DNA of 64,000 nucleotides from an uncultured Acidobacteriota bacterium (GCA_963784195.1 CAWARA010000013.1:104687-168686); one strand, 5' to 3'; shown: positions 36,967 through 47,127, counted from the first letter of the stretch. Notes: generated by a model not told the origin, from the sequence alone. Translations and numbers: made by a program.

Positions 36967-37037
36967 GCGGAGGCGCGTCGCCGCTCAAGAGCTGTCAGGG
37001 ACTTCTGGAAGAGCCTGGAGTCAGTATTCGGCGCCGG

Positions 37038-39893
37038 TCACCACTCCACCTGGAAACCTATCCGCAGGATGCGCGGTGGCACGATCGCGAGCGGACGGAG
37101 GAACGCCTCGCCTGTCGCCCAGCTGATGTTCTGCTCTGCGTTGGCGTTCAGCAGGTTGAAGACATCCACGTATGCCGTGACGCGACGGCCCGCGGCCATC
37201 GGAAAGTCCTTCGCGACACGGGCGTCCACGAGCGTGATGTTGTCCTGCCGACGCGTGCCGATGGGCTCGGCGAGGACGCGAATCGTGGCGTAATCGAGCC
37301 GCGTGCCCGTGCTCAGCGTCCGGCCAAACGGCTGGCCGGACTGATGGCGGAGAAACGGCGCAATGCGGAGCCCCCACGGCGCTTCATATGTGCCGTAGAG
37401 CTGCGCCGACCACACATGGAACTCGTGCCGGCCATGCTCGTCCGTATTGATGTAATCGTTCGGCGTGACGGGAAACTCGTTGGCGCGGACAGGCTGGCCG
37501 AAGTACGCGCTGGCGTGATCACGATTCCACGTATGCGAGTACGCGGCGACCATTGACCATCGCCGGTTCAGTCGCTTTCGTGCCGCGGCTTCCCAGGTCA
37601 GGTAGTTCATGTCGGCGTCGGGTAGGTTGCTGACGATCACGCCCGGAGCGCCCACCAGGTCAGATGGCAGGTCGAAGAGACGAATGTCGCGTCCGTCGTC
37701 TCCCGTCCCAGGTGTCGCATCGGGACCCGGATCGCGTAAGGAGCGTTCGATCGTGAACGCCTCGAGCGGCCAGGCCGCCCGCTGTCCCAGGCCTTGCTGG
37801 CGCTCGCCCCGCCACACGACGCCTGTGGCGACGCTCACCTCCGAAGCGACTTCGCGTTCCAGGCGCGCTGTGACCTCTCGGACGAACGCGAGCTTCAGCC
37901 CGCGATCCAGCGCCTCGATCGCTTCTCCGCCGCGATGATTGAGCAGGCGGGATTCCTCGCCCGGCCCCCAGACGCCGTCACCGTCGACATCCGACCAGTC
38001 GTACTGCTGCCACCAGACGCGCGAGTTCGGGTTCACGTTGAATCCCAGTTCCGCAGTTGGGGGCAGCCAGTACAAGCCGTAGCTGCCTTTGAGGATCGTC
38101 CGGCCGTCGCCTGTCAGGTCATGGCTCGCGCCGATCCTTGGCGCAACGACGTTCCAGTCCATCAGATCGACGGCAGCAAACGATTCCGCTGTCGGCGTAA
38201 GCCTGCCTGCCGCGTGGCCCTGTTCCGGGAGAAACGCGCGAAGCCGGTCGAACCGCAGTCCAAGGTTGACCGTCGTCCGGCCGCCAACCCGCCACGAGTC
38301 GCTGGCGTAGACCGCATACCACCACTGGCCGCTCTCCGAACGCGAGGGCGTCTGGAACAGATACACCTGCCGCGGGACGCCGTTCTCGTACACATGCAGC
38401 ACGTCGCCTGGGTAGCCCCGCCTCCAGGCTTCCCCGAAGACGAGACGATGGAGATCACCCCCGACCTTCACGTGGTGGCTTCCGGCCCAGCCATCTTTGA
38501 AGTAGCTCAGGGACCCGAAGAACTGATCGCGCTGCAGGTCTTCCTGCCAGCTGCGATTGCCGCCCGCGACCACCGGAGAGAAAAGATCCTCGAATCGCGC
38601 CGAGGTCCCATTTGGTGCCTCGGAGCGGGTAGCAACGAACTGGCCGCCCCGGACTTCGAAGAACACCGTCTTGCCGACGACGGCGTTCCACTCGGCCTTC
38701 CACGCGAGCCCTGTCGAAAGCTGCGACGATGTGGAGTCGACCGATTCGTTGATTGCCGTCGCCGAGCGCAGAAAGCCATCCAGCTTGATCGGCTGCCGAT
38801 TGCGCGCGCCCTGGCCGAACGCGACGAGCCGGTGGTGATCGCCGAGGCGCAATGTGCCCTTCCCCGTCGTGGTCGTTACGCGCGTCTCGAGCGGCTCAAT
38901 GGGAAAGCTCACTTGCCTCGCCTCTGTTCCCTGATCGCGGAACGAGACGTACCACCAGAGGCGATCCTTCTTGACTGGGCCGCCGGCGTCGGCGTTGACG
39001 TCGTGATAGCCGTCCAGACGATTCGCTTCGTCTGCTGGCAGTCCACTTGCGCCGGGGGCGCCCCTTGCGATCTGCTCGGTGTCGATGTTGTGCGCCTGCC
39101 AGGTCCGGTTCTCGTAGCCCGTGTAGATCGTGCCGTCGTATCGGTTCCCTCCGGACTTCGTGATGAACTGCATATGCACGCCGGGCGAGGGAAACTCCGG
39201 GCCGTACGCCCCTGTTCCGACCGAGACCTGGTCGAACGCTCCGTAGTCGAGCGTGAAGCCGTACGTGTTCATGTTCGAGACGGAAATGCCCTCGAGTGTC
39301 GGCCGGTTGTAGCCGGAGATGCCATAGGCGCTGAACGGGCCGGGAGCGAGCGCAGCGCTGCCGCCGACGTCGAACCGGGCGAGCTGAATGGACGGCGTCG
39401 CAGCGAGAATCGTGTTCATGCTGCGCGACCCAGGTAGGTAGGCGAGATCCCGCCTATCGAAGTTCGTGGCGATCATCGTGGTGTGTCGATCGACGCCGCG
39501 TACGCCACCATCGACGTTGAGATCGACCTGATGCGCTGCCACATCCATCGGAATGTTGACGGTCGTCGTGAATCCGAACGTGACCCGGACGCTTCGGCTC
39601 GCGGGCTGGAATCCCTCGAGCTTGAACACGAGTGCGTACTCGCCAGGAGGGAGCGCGGGAAAACGATAGGATCCGTCCGGACCGGTTACCTCGGTGCGTG
39701 TGCCCATGAGGGCGTCGCCCGAGACATCGATGGTGACGGCCCGTAAAACGGCGCCTGTGCGGTCGGTGACCGTGCCGTCGATGGCGCCCGTGGCTGCGCC
39801 CACCGTCTGGGCCGCATGCGCCGAAGGGCGCACGAGGACTCCCAGCACGAACACGGTCAGAAGGCCGCCGCGCCGAAACACGCCACCTTCCAC
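37038..39893 (-). CDS. Carboxypeptidase-regulatory-like domain / TonB-dependent receptor-like outer-membrane protein
   Basis: 951-aa ORF with a GTG start and a signal peptide ending ..PSAHAAQ. GTVTDRTGAVLRAVTIDVSG...YRFPALPPGEYALVF is the CarboxypepD_reg pattern. The barrel ends ..LRIGFQVEW. Confidence 0.9.
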   Translation of the reverse strand: MEGGVFRRGGLLTVFVLGVLVRPSAHAAQTVGAATGAIDGTVTDRTGAVLRAVTIDVSGDALMGTRTEVTGPDGSYRFPALPPGEYALVFKLEGFQPASRSVRVTFGFTTTVNIPMDVAAHQVDLNVDGGVRGVDRHTTMIATNFDRRDLAYLPGSRSMNTILAATPSIQLARFDVGGSAALAPGPFSAYGISGYNRPTLEGISVSNMNTYGFTLDYGAFDQVSVGTGAYGPEFPSPGVHMQFITKSGGNRYDGTIYTGYENRTWQAHNIDTEQIARGAPGASGLPADEANRLDGYHDVNADAGGPVKKDRLWWYVSFRDQGTEARQVSFPIEPLETRVTTTTGKGTLRLGDHHRLVAFGQGARNRQPIKLDGFLRSATAINESVDSTSSQLSTGLAWKAEWNAVVGKTVFFEVRGGQFVATRSEAPNGTSARFEDLFSPVVAGGNRSWQEDLQRDQFFGSLSYFKDGWAGSHHVKVGGDLHRLVFGEAWRRGYPGDVLHVYENGVPRQVYLFQTPSRSESGQWWYAVYASDSWRVGGRTTVNLGLRFDRLRAFLPEQGHAAGRLTPTAESFAAVDLMDWNVVAPRIGASHDLTGDGRTILKGSYGLYWLPPTAELGFNVNPNSRVWWQQYDWSDVDGDGVWGPGEESRLLNHRGGEAIEALDRGLKLAFVREVTARLEREVASEVSVATGVVWRGERQQGLGQRAAWPLEAFTIERSLRDPGPDATPGTGDDGRDIRLFDLPSDLVGAPGVIVSNLPDADMNYLTWEAAARKRLNRRWSMVAAYSHTWNRDHASAYFGQPVRANEFPVTPNDYINTDEHGRHEFHVWSAQLYGTYEAPWGLRIAPFLRHQSGQPFGRTLSTGTRLDYATIRVLAEPIGTRRQDNITLVDARVAKDFPMAAGRRVTAYVDVFNLLNANAEQNISWATGEAFLRPLAIVPPRILRIGFQVEW

Positions 39894-40027
39894 CCTTCAC
39901 CGCCCTGAAGCAGACCCTCAGATTGTATGCGGCGGGCCGACGAGCGCCAACCTGATTAACCGTTTCCGCCCTTCGTTTCGACCGCTCAATCTTCGAGCAT
40001 GGGGTAAGATTCGCTCACCCCTTGCCT

Positions 40028-40651
40028 ATGGCAGTTGACCGTTCGGGAAGCGACCCACTCAGGCCGGCCGTGAGGCAGGCGGCGGCGGATCTCGAATCGA
40101 CTGCCCGCCTGATTGAACGCGCTCAGGCAGGCGATGAGGAATCCCTCGACCGTCTCCTGGCCCGCCATCTTCCACGACTCCGGCGCTGGGCCCGAGGCCG
40201 ATTGCCGAAGTGGGCACGCGATATCGCGGAGACCGATGACCTGGTGCAGGACACCCTGCTCCAAACGTTCAAGAGAATCGAACACTTCGAGTGTCGTGGC
40301 GTCGGCGCGCTGCAGGCGTACCTGCGCGAGGCGATACTCAATCGCGTCCGCGACGAGCTTCGCAAGAAGGGGCGGCGGCCGATCGCAACCGAGCTCGACG
40401 GGCTCGAGGTCCACCACGGGCTGTCACCGCTCGAAGAAGCCATCGGGCGCGAGTCCATCGCGCGGTACGAGCAGGCGCTGGCGGCGTTGAATCCGGACGA
40501 TCGGGAGACGATCGTATGCCGCGTCGAGATGGGGTATACGCACGAGGAACTCGCCGACGCTTTGGGCAAGCCGAGCGCGGACGCCGCACGTAAGGCGGCG
40601 CAGCGGGCGCTCGTCCGGCTGGTTCAGCAGATGAATCTGCCGGGTAAGTAG
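40028..40651 (+). CDS. ECF-type RNA polymerase sigma factor
   Basis: ATG 40028, or TTG 40022 in the track. Sigma-2 (DDLVQDTLLQTFKRIEHFE) and sigma-4 (ETIVCRVEMGYTHEELADALGKPSADAARKAAQRAL) regions are present. No anti-sigma gene follows; a kinase gene follows instead. Confidence 0.85.
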   Translation: MAVDRSGSDPLRPAVRQAAADLESTARLIERAQAGDEESLDRLLARHLPRLRRWARGRLPKWARDIAETDDLVQDTLLQTFKRIEHFECRGVGALQAYLREAILNRVRDELRKKGRRPIATELDGLEVHHGLSPLEEAIGRESIARYEQALAALNPDDRETIVCRVEMGYTHEELADALGKPSADAARKAAQRALVRLVQQMNLPGK

Positions 40652-40734
40652 TCCGTCCCGACTTGGTGCGTGTCCGATTCTGTCCGGCGCGGCGTTTCAT
40701 CCCGAAGGTTGGGAGCCAAACGAGAGCCTGAGAG

Positions 40735-43276
40735 ATGCCAGCCAGCGAGCAACTACTCGACGACCTCGCCGGTGCCGTCCTCGATGACGCCTCGGTCGAT
40801 TGGGCTGCAGCCGAATCAAGCGCGGGGGCGGCCGCCCGGCCGCTCATTCGGGACCTGCAGCTCGTGGCATCCATCGTCAGCTTGTTCCGCGACGACCCGC
40901 CGCTGGAGTCCTTGCCTGGGTCGCCTGAGACAGGACAAGAGACCGCCGATCTCGGGCGTTGGGGCCACCTCCGCTTGCTCGAGCGCGTCGGGCGTGGCTC
41001 TTTCGGCGAAGTGTTCCGCGCCTGGGACCCGCGGCTCGCACGCGAAGTCGCGCTGAAGCTCCTGCCCGTCGAGCCTTCCTCGAACCCGCTCGCCGAAAGC
41101 GAAACCATTCAGGAAGGCCGGCTGCTCGCCAAAGTCCGGCATCCGAACGTCGTCACCGTCCACGGCGCGGAACGGATCGGCGATCGGGTTGGCGTGTGGA
41201 TGGAATTCGTCCGCGGCTCCACGCTCGAGCAACTGCTCCAGCGCGGCACGGTCTTTCGCGCGGCCGATGTCATCGGCATCGGCGTGGAGCTTTGCCGCGC
41301 GGTCTCTGCCGTGCACGCGGCCGGCCTGCTGCATCGCGATATCAAGGCTCAGAACGTGATCCGCACCGAGGACGGCCGCGCCGTGCTGATGGACTTCGGC
41401 ACCGGCAAAGAGTTCGCTGATTCTTCGTCCGATCTGACGGGCACTCCGCTGTGTCTGGCGCCGGAAGTGCTTGCCGGAAGGCCGGCGACGGTGCAAAGCG
41501 ATATCTACAGCCTGGGTGTGCTGCTTTATCACCTTGTGACAGGTACGTATCCGGTCCTGGCCCGAACGATTCGAGACCTGCGACGTGCGCACGAGCAGCA
41601 CGAACGTGTCACGGTTCGCACGGCGCGATCCGATGTGCTGCCGGCTCTCGCGCGCGTCATCGACCGCGCCAGCGATCCACAGCCGGAGCGTCGCTACGAG
41701 ACGGCCGATGCGCTCGCGCGAGACTTGACCGCCCTGCAACGGCGTCCGGGTATCGTGCGGCTTGCCTACCAGGCGACCGCGGCGGCTGCCGTTCTCCTCG
41801 TCGCGGTGTCGGCGCTGGAAGTTCGTGCTTGCCGGTACGGAGACCGCCGAGGCCCCAGCAGTCAACTCGCAAGCCTGTTTGCCGGAGCCCCAAGTCCCGT
41901 CGCGCGCCCAGTCATCGCGGTCCTGCCGTTCAAGAACTTCAGCAGTGAGCCCGGCCGCGACCTGCTGGTGGAGAGCGTCACGACCCGTCTCATCCATCAA
42001 CTTGCGAACATCGATGGGCTGCAGGTGAAGTCGCAGCACTCCTCGTTCCTGCTCAAGGACAAGCCGCATTTCCGACGTGGGCAAGCTGCTGGGCGTGAAT
42101 CTGGCCGTCGAGGGAGGCATGCAGATCTCCGGGGACAGGCTGCTGATCCACGCCGCGCTGGTGTCGGTCACCGAGGATCGGCAGCTTTGGTCCAACAAGG
42201 TCGAGCGTCATCTCACGTCCGAGGGCGACGTCGTCGGCGCAGTGGAGGAGGTGACCAGGACGATTGTCAACAAGCTTCGCCTCAAGCTGCCCCCAACGCA
42301 GCGCAGATATGACATCGACATTCCTACGTACGAAACATACTTGAGGGCTCGCGCGCTGCGCGATGCTCGCGCCAGAAAAGCTCGTGAGGCGATTCCCCTG
42401 TTCGAAGAGGTCATTCGGAAGGACCAGTCGTACGCGCCGGCGCTGGCCGCGCTCGCGGCCACATACGGGTACCTCGGCTTCTTCTACCCGGACGCATCCC
42501 TTCCTCCGATTTATATGCCCCACAGTGAAGCCGTGGCTCTGGCGGAGCCGTTGGCCATAAAGGCGCTCGAGATAGATCCGATGCTGGCCGAGGCGCACGC
42601 GGCGATGGGGTTCATTCATTCATACGCGCGGCGCTGGGCAGACGCCGAAGCGTCGTTCCGCCGCGCAATTGAATACGAGCCCACCCGCACGGCGGTGTAC
42701 GGGGATTTCGTACTGTCCACCCTGTTGCCGTGGGGAAGGCTCGACGAGTCCCTCAGTACGATGCAGAAAGCGCTTCAGGCCGATCCCTTGTCGCTGGACG
42801 TCCGGCGCGTCCTGGCAGGTGTGCAAATCAGCGCCGGCCTGTATGACGACGCGATTGAGAATTGCCAGCGAGTCCTCGACGAGCAGCCGAACTTCCCAAT
42901 CGTGGCCTTGTTCCGTGCCCGCGCGCTGCTGTTCAGAGGGCGGAGGGCTGAAGCGCTCGACTGGTTCAACGAGTACGCTGTTTCCCGAAAGTCTGCTGCG
43001 GGGCAAGGCGAAGGCGTGAAAGGCTGGATCTATGCGATCACCGGCCAGCGCGCGGAGGCCGAAGCGATCGCGGCACGGTTCGCTCACTTCCCGCAGCGGC
43101 AGGCGGAGATCTATGGTTTCCTGGGAGATTACGACCGCGCGCTGGAGGCCCTCGAGCGGCTGGCGGTCCTGAACCCAGGTCGTGCCGGGTGGCATCTTAG
43201 CCAGCCCGAACTTGCGTCACTACGTGGCGACCCACGGGTCGAGGCGTTCCGCCGGAAGCTGGGGTTTCCTCAATAG
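40735..43276 (+). pseudogene. Ser/Thr kinase - TM - TPR protein, one frame change
   Basis: The kinase domain (GRGSFGEVFRAWD, HRDIKAQNVI, DFGTGK, GTPLCLAPE), the TM and ..VIAVLPFKNFSSEP..SSFLLKDKPHF are in frame 1. DVGKLLGVNLAVEGGMQISGDRLLIHAALV.. plus TPRs to 43276 are in frame 2. The shift lies near 42066-42076 (catttccgacgtggg, apparently one nt missing). Confidence 0.8.
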
Positions 43277-43285
43277 ACCGGTATT

Positions 43286-43636
43286 TCACTCCACCGCTTT
43301 CTTGAGTCGCTCGAGCCGCTCACCCCACAGCTCCGAGATCCGTTCGAGGAACCGGCGCGCCATGTCGAGGCGGTGCTCCTCGATGTCCCAGACACGCTCA
43401 CGGCCGCGGCGCATGTCGCGGACGAGACCGGCGTCAGCCAGCACCTGCAGGTGCTTCGTGATGGCCTGACGAGTCACGCCGGTCCCTTCCGTGAGCGTAA
43501 CAATCGAGGTCGGACCGTTCGAGCAGAGCCGCGAGACGATCGACAGCCGCGTCTCGTCGCCGAGTGCCGCGAAGAGCGGCGCCGACCCCTGAAGTCCACG
43601 GTCCAGCGCCGCCGCGTTACGCGTTCGTGGCGACAT
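43286..43636 (-). CDS. ArsR/SmtB-family transcriptional regulator
   Basis: 116-aa ORF. LFAALGDETRLSIVSRLCSNGPTSIVTLTEGTGVTRQAITKHLQVLADAGLV is the ArsR HTH pattern. It overlaps the upstream SRPBCC gene by 20 nt. Confidence 0.9.
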   Translation of the reverse strand: MSPRTRNAAALDRGLQGSAPLFAALGDETRLSIVSRLCSNGPTSIVTLTEGTGVTRQAITKHLQVLADAGLVRDMRRGRERVWDIEEHRLDMARRFLERISELWGERLERLKKAVE

Positions 43637-44087
43637 GCTTCTCGATGTTCCGAACCTGTTCGGCCCAGCCCTCGTCGTTCATCTTGAGCGCATCGGCCCG
43701 GCGGTGCACCGGAAGCGAGTCGAACCCGGTCTCGATGACGGTCAGCTTCGTGCCGCCCGAGACTTCCTCGAGCTCGAACACGACGAGCGTGCGCGGTTCG
43801 CCTGAGTAGTCGACGTTCGGATCGACGGCGTACGGATGCCAGCGCCATGAAAACAGCCGTTCCGGCACCATCTGCTCGACGAGCACCTCGAAGACAACGT
43901 GACGGTATCCCTCAATCGTGATGGGCCCCCGCGCCGCCTGACCGGGGGCGAACGTGGCCCCTTTCAGGTTGACGCCGAACCACTGGCTCAGCTCGTCGGC
44001 ATTGGTCAACGCGCGCCAGACCCGCGATCTCGGGGCCTTGATGACAATCGTCTTGTGAATGCGATCCGTACTCACCATGTCGGCCAT
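43617..44087 (-). CDS. SRPBCC / AHSA1-like (activator of Hsp90 ATPase homologue) domain protein
   Basis: AGGAGG RBS before ATG 44087 (MADMVSTDRIHKTIVIKAPRSRVWRALTNADELSQWF..). This is the typical ArsR-AHSA1 gene pair. Confidence 0.85.
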   Translation of the reverse strand: MADMVSTDRIHKTIVIKAPRSRVWRALTNADELSQWFGVNLKGATFAPGQAARGPITIEGYRHVVFEVLVEQMVPERLFSWRWHPYAVDPNVDYSGEPRTLVVFELEEVSGGTKLTVIETGFDSLPVHRRADALKMNDEGWAEQVRNIEKHVATNA

Positions 44088-44162
44088 GCAACCTCCTGGT
44101 TGCATATTACCAGCGCTGTCTGAGAAATGCAACTCAACGGTTGCGCTTATGAGATGGGCACC

Positions 44163-44501
44163 GGACGGAGGGGACGGGGGTCACGGAACAGGCTTCAACT
44201 CGGAGAAACGGAGGAACGGAGGCGCCAAGTCAGAAGGCTGCGCGGGGTGGTCACCGGGTCCGCCGATGCCGCCGCTCGCGCGGCGGGCGATCAATCGACC
44301 CCCCACGGACACAAGCTGCTCCCGCACCACAGGCAGCTTGTGTCCGCGGGGGGTCGATTGATCGCTCGGCCCGGCCGATGGCCGGGCCGGCATCGGCCGC
44401 TGACCGGTGACTTGCCTGCGATGGCTTATCGGCGTTTCTCCGTTCCTCCGTGTCTCCGTTTTTGAAGCTTGTTCCGTGTTCTCCGTCTCCTCCGTCCCCC
44501 C
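44163..44501. repeat. ~340-bp nested-hairpin repeat, family 4, copy A
   Basis: Outer arms ggaggggacggggg..ggaacaggcttcaactcggagaaacggaggaacggagg pair with ctccgttcctccgtgtctccgtttttgaagcttgttccg..ctcctccgtcccc. The inner 32-bp stem spans 44288-44364 with 1 mismatch. A 9-bp hairpin ggcccggcc/gat/ggccgggcc is also present. Confidence 0.85.
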
Positions 44502-44533
44502 AAAAAGCTGGGGTGCAGGGGTCGGTGCACGAC

Positions 44534-44904
44534 ATGGCGATCTGGCTCTCGGATCCGTTTCACTTCCGGGCCTACGCCGAGATGCTGCATTCGGTGATGA
44601 CGGGTCAGCCGTCAGTGGAAAAGGCGACAGGCGTCCCGGTGTTCGAGTATTTCGGCAAGGATCGCGAGCTCTCGGAAGTATTCAACAACGCAATGACGAT
44701 GTTCAGCGCGTTCGTGATTCCCGCCGCGCTCGACGTCTACGACTTCACAGGGATTGGCACGATCGTCGACGTTGCAGGCGGTCACGGACACGTGCTGACG
44801 TCCATCCTGCAGCGCTACCCGTCGATGCGCGGCATCCTCTGGATTTCGGAAAGTTGATCGATCTGGAGATGGTGGTGATGACCGGCGGCCGCGAAGCGCG
44901 CTAA
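44534..44904 (+). pseudogene. Class I SAM-dependent O-methyltransferase remnant (N-terminus and internal part missing)
   Basis: MAIWLSDPFHFRAYAEMLHSVMTGQPSVEKATGVPVFEYFGKDRELSEVFNNAM...IVDVAGGHGHVLTSILQRYPSMRGI contains the SAM-binding motif. In another frame, ..LIDLEMVVMTGGRE.. is the typical OMT C-terminus. The dimerisation domain and ~100 central residues are absent. The remnant starts ~30 nt after repeat copy A. Confidence 0.65.
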
Positions 44905-44918
44905 GCGCCGGTTAGGCG

Positions 44919-46826
44919 CTAGGAGGCTTCGGCCTTACGTCCTTTGCGCATCGCCGTGGTGGTGGCGCTGACACTGACACTGCTGTGGCCTACCACGGCA
45001 GCAAGGTCTTGTCCGAAGGCGGTGTGCGCCTCCACGGCGGCCATGATCTGTTCGTCGAGCAGGCCGGCCGCCGCCGGGCCGTCCAACGAGGCTCGCTGCA
45101 TGAACAGCTGCCGGGCGCAGTCCAGGTTGTCTTTGAGGCGTCGCCGGATCTCGTCCTCGTCTCTGCCGCCGTCGGAGTCGGCGGTGTGCATCTCCTCGGC
45201 TTCCTTCAGGAGCAGCGCAGCGTAGTCGCGCAGCTCCGAGAGCGCCTTCAGCTCCTGCGTGAGGTGCTTCATCAGCGCGGCCGAGTGGCGAATCAGGAAC
45301 GTCGCGAACCGCATGCGTGACTGATGCACGATGCCAGTCGATTCTGTCTCGGTCGCGTCAGACTCCTCGGCGTAGACGACGGCCAGCGTCTCCTCCTGCA
45401 GGACCAGTGGAATCGCGATGGCTGATGTGGCAAGCGTGCCGAAGGGTACCAGCCTGCCGTCGCTCAGCTCTGAGCCGCTGATGCTTTCGACGTCACGAGA
45501 GGCCACGGCGCGCGTCAGGAGCGAGTCCATGGTGAGCGGGATCACCAGCTTGGACATGTCCGTGGCTTGATCGAAGCCGATCTGCTGTTCGCCCTCGAGA
45601 CGGTTGCCTTTGACGCGGAAGAGTGCCACGCGCGAGTAGTGCACCGACAGCTGACGGACGGTTGCGCTCAGCAGGTCGGTCATGCTCGTCGCGCCGGCGA
45701 GATCGTCGGCAGCGTGCACGGCAGCGTCGAGCAGCGTGCTGAGCCGCTCCACGTCGTTGCGCAGCAGGCTGGCCTCGCTCCTGGCCACGTCGCTCTCGTG
45801 CGAGCCCTCGCGCGCGCGCGCTTCGGCTTCCGCTGCGGCGGTCAGCCGATCCTCGAGATGACGAATGCTCGACTCGTAGTCGGCGTGCGCGCTCTCGAGC
45901 GCCAGCACGCGGGCGTTGCTCGCGTCGAGCCGAGCCGACAGCGCGTCGCGCTCGGCGACGACGACATCGCGCTCGGCCGCGGCGAGGTTGCGGTCCGCAG
46001 CGGCGGCATCGCGTTCGGCTGCCGTCAGGGTCCGCTCGGCGATGAGCGCGTCGCGTTCGGCGGCGATGGAATCGCGTTCCGCCCTGGCGGAATCCCTCGC
46101 GATGGCGATCTCGTCGCGCGCCATCGCGATCTCGTCGCGCTCGGTCGCGATCCCTTCTCGGGCGATCTCGAGCGCGTGGAGGTCGGCGCGGACGGCGCTC
46201 AGATCTCCGATCAGCTGGTTGTTCTCGGCCGCCTCGATCTCCAGCTGGGCGCTCAGACGCGCGGCCTCCGACAACGCCGCATCGAGCAGCCCGCGTGTCT
46301 CGCGGAGGTCGTCTTCCGCCGCGGCTCGTGCGTCCGCTTGCTCGCGCAGGGCGTTCTCCGCATCCTGACGCGCCAGTTCGGTCTGGTCGTGCGCCGCGCG
46401 GACGTCCGCGACGTCGCGTGTCAGCGCGTCGAGACGGTCCGCCTGCGTGCCGATCTCGGAGTGCAGGGATTCAATCTGGGAATTGGCGGCGGCGAGCGAG
46501 ATCTCGAGCTCTTCGGTCCTGGCGCGCTGCGTCTCGATCTCTCGATGCGCGACGTCGAGCAGGCCGCGCGCTTCGTCCTGGACCTTCTGCGCAGCGGCTC
46601 GCGCCGCCGTGCCCGCGGCGCTATGCAGCCGCCGAATCAGATCCTGCAGATCCTTCTCGATCTGCGGCGTGCCGCCGGCGGTCGTTTCCACAGTACGGAC
46701 CGCCGCATCCAGCGCCTCGCGAAGCGAGCGGATCTGTTCCAGCGAGGCCTCTGCCTGGCTGGCCAGCAGCCGCGTGAGCAGGGCCGACGTTTCTTTAGCA
46801 GCGTAGTCCCGGAATTCCATCGCCAC
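44919..46826 (-). CDS. Coiled-coil protein with C-terminal GAF-like domain
   Basis: 635-aa intact ORF. The N-terminal ~400 aa are Ala/Glu/Arg-rich heptad sequence, including 11 tandem 7-aa ERD-type repeats. The C-terminal part (..LLSATVRQLSVHYSRVALFRVKGNRLEGEQQIGFD...AIAIPLVLQEETLAVVYAEE) looks GAF-like. Confidence 0.8.
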   Translation of the reverse strand: MAMEFRDYAAKETSALLTRLLASQAEASLEQIRSLREALDAAVRTVETTAGGTPQIEKDLQDLIRRLHSAAGTAARAAAQKVQDEARGLLDVAHREIETQRARTEELEISLAAANSQIESLHSEIGTQADRLDALTRDVADVRAAHDQTELARQDAENALREQADARAAAEDDLRETRGLLDAALSEAARLSAQLEIEAAENNQLIGDLSAVRADLHALEIAREGIATERDEIAMARDEIAIARDSARAERDSIAAERDALIAERTLTAAERDAAAADRNLAAAERDVVVAERDALSARLDASNARVLALESAHADYESSIRHLEDRLTAAAEAEARAREGSHESDVARSEASLLRNDVERLSTLLDAAVHAADDLAGATSMTDLLSATVRQLSVHYSRVALFRVKGNRLEGEQQIGFDQATDMSKLVIPLTMDSLLTRAVASRDVESISGSELSDGRLVPFGTLATSAIAIPLVLQEETLAVVYAEESDATETESTGIVHQSRMRFATFLIRHSAALMKHLTQELKALSELRDYAALLLKEAEEMHTADSDGGRDEDEIRRRLKDNLDCARQLFMQRASLDGPAAAGLLDEQIMAAVEAHTAFGQDLAAVVGHSSVSVSATTTAMRKGRKAEAS

Positions 46827-47127
46827 GATTCAGTGTCCTGTCGCCTGTGGTTCGTGACCTGGCCCGCCGCGCCGGACATCCTCCGGCAGCGTGGCCTCGC
46901 GCAGTATCCCCAGCACTCCATCTAGCCAGCGGGTCGCCGCAGGTTCGACCTCTACGCCACGAGCCACCCAGGGGACACAAGGGAACCTCTCCGGTCTGCA
47001 ACTCCAGGACCGCGCCTGTGATGGTCGATCCGGGCAGATTCGGGTGGATCGGTGCTGCCGGCGGCCTACAAATCAGTTTGGGGGACTGCGCTTTTGTAAT
47101 GGCTCTGTCAAAGGTGTCAGGGGTCCC

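Noticed and set aside
35605-37293. 562-aa + strand ORF
   Set aside because: It is an antisense shadow of the TPP-enzyme gene (35332-36966). The composition is Arg/Gly/Ala/Pro-rich with no motifs, which is typical of open off-frames in high-G+C DNA.
37794-39437. 547-aa + strand ORF
   Set aside because: It is an antisense shadow of the 37038-39893 outer-membrane receptor gene. There are no recognisable motifs, and the opposite strand has a clear family signature.
40816-42198. 460-aa minus-strand ORF
   Set aside because: It lies antisense to the kinase-TPR gene, whose kinase motifs are unambiguous, and its sequence is low-complexity.
44127-44465. ORFs inside the family-4 repeats (44127-44465, 44181-44393, 44251-44535, 47117-47347, 47161-47505, 47294-47683)
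   Set aside because: They are open in several frames on both strands only because the element is a G+C-rich palindrome. They have no start context, and the peptides are low-complexity.
45567-46925. 452-aa + strand ORF (and 45916-46368, 46295-46777)
   Set aside because: They lie antisense to the coiled-coil/GAF gene. The repeats keep several frames open. The minus frame has a coherent heptad and GAF-like sequence.
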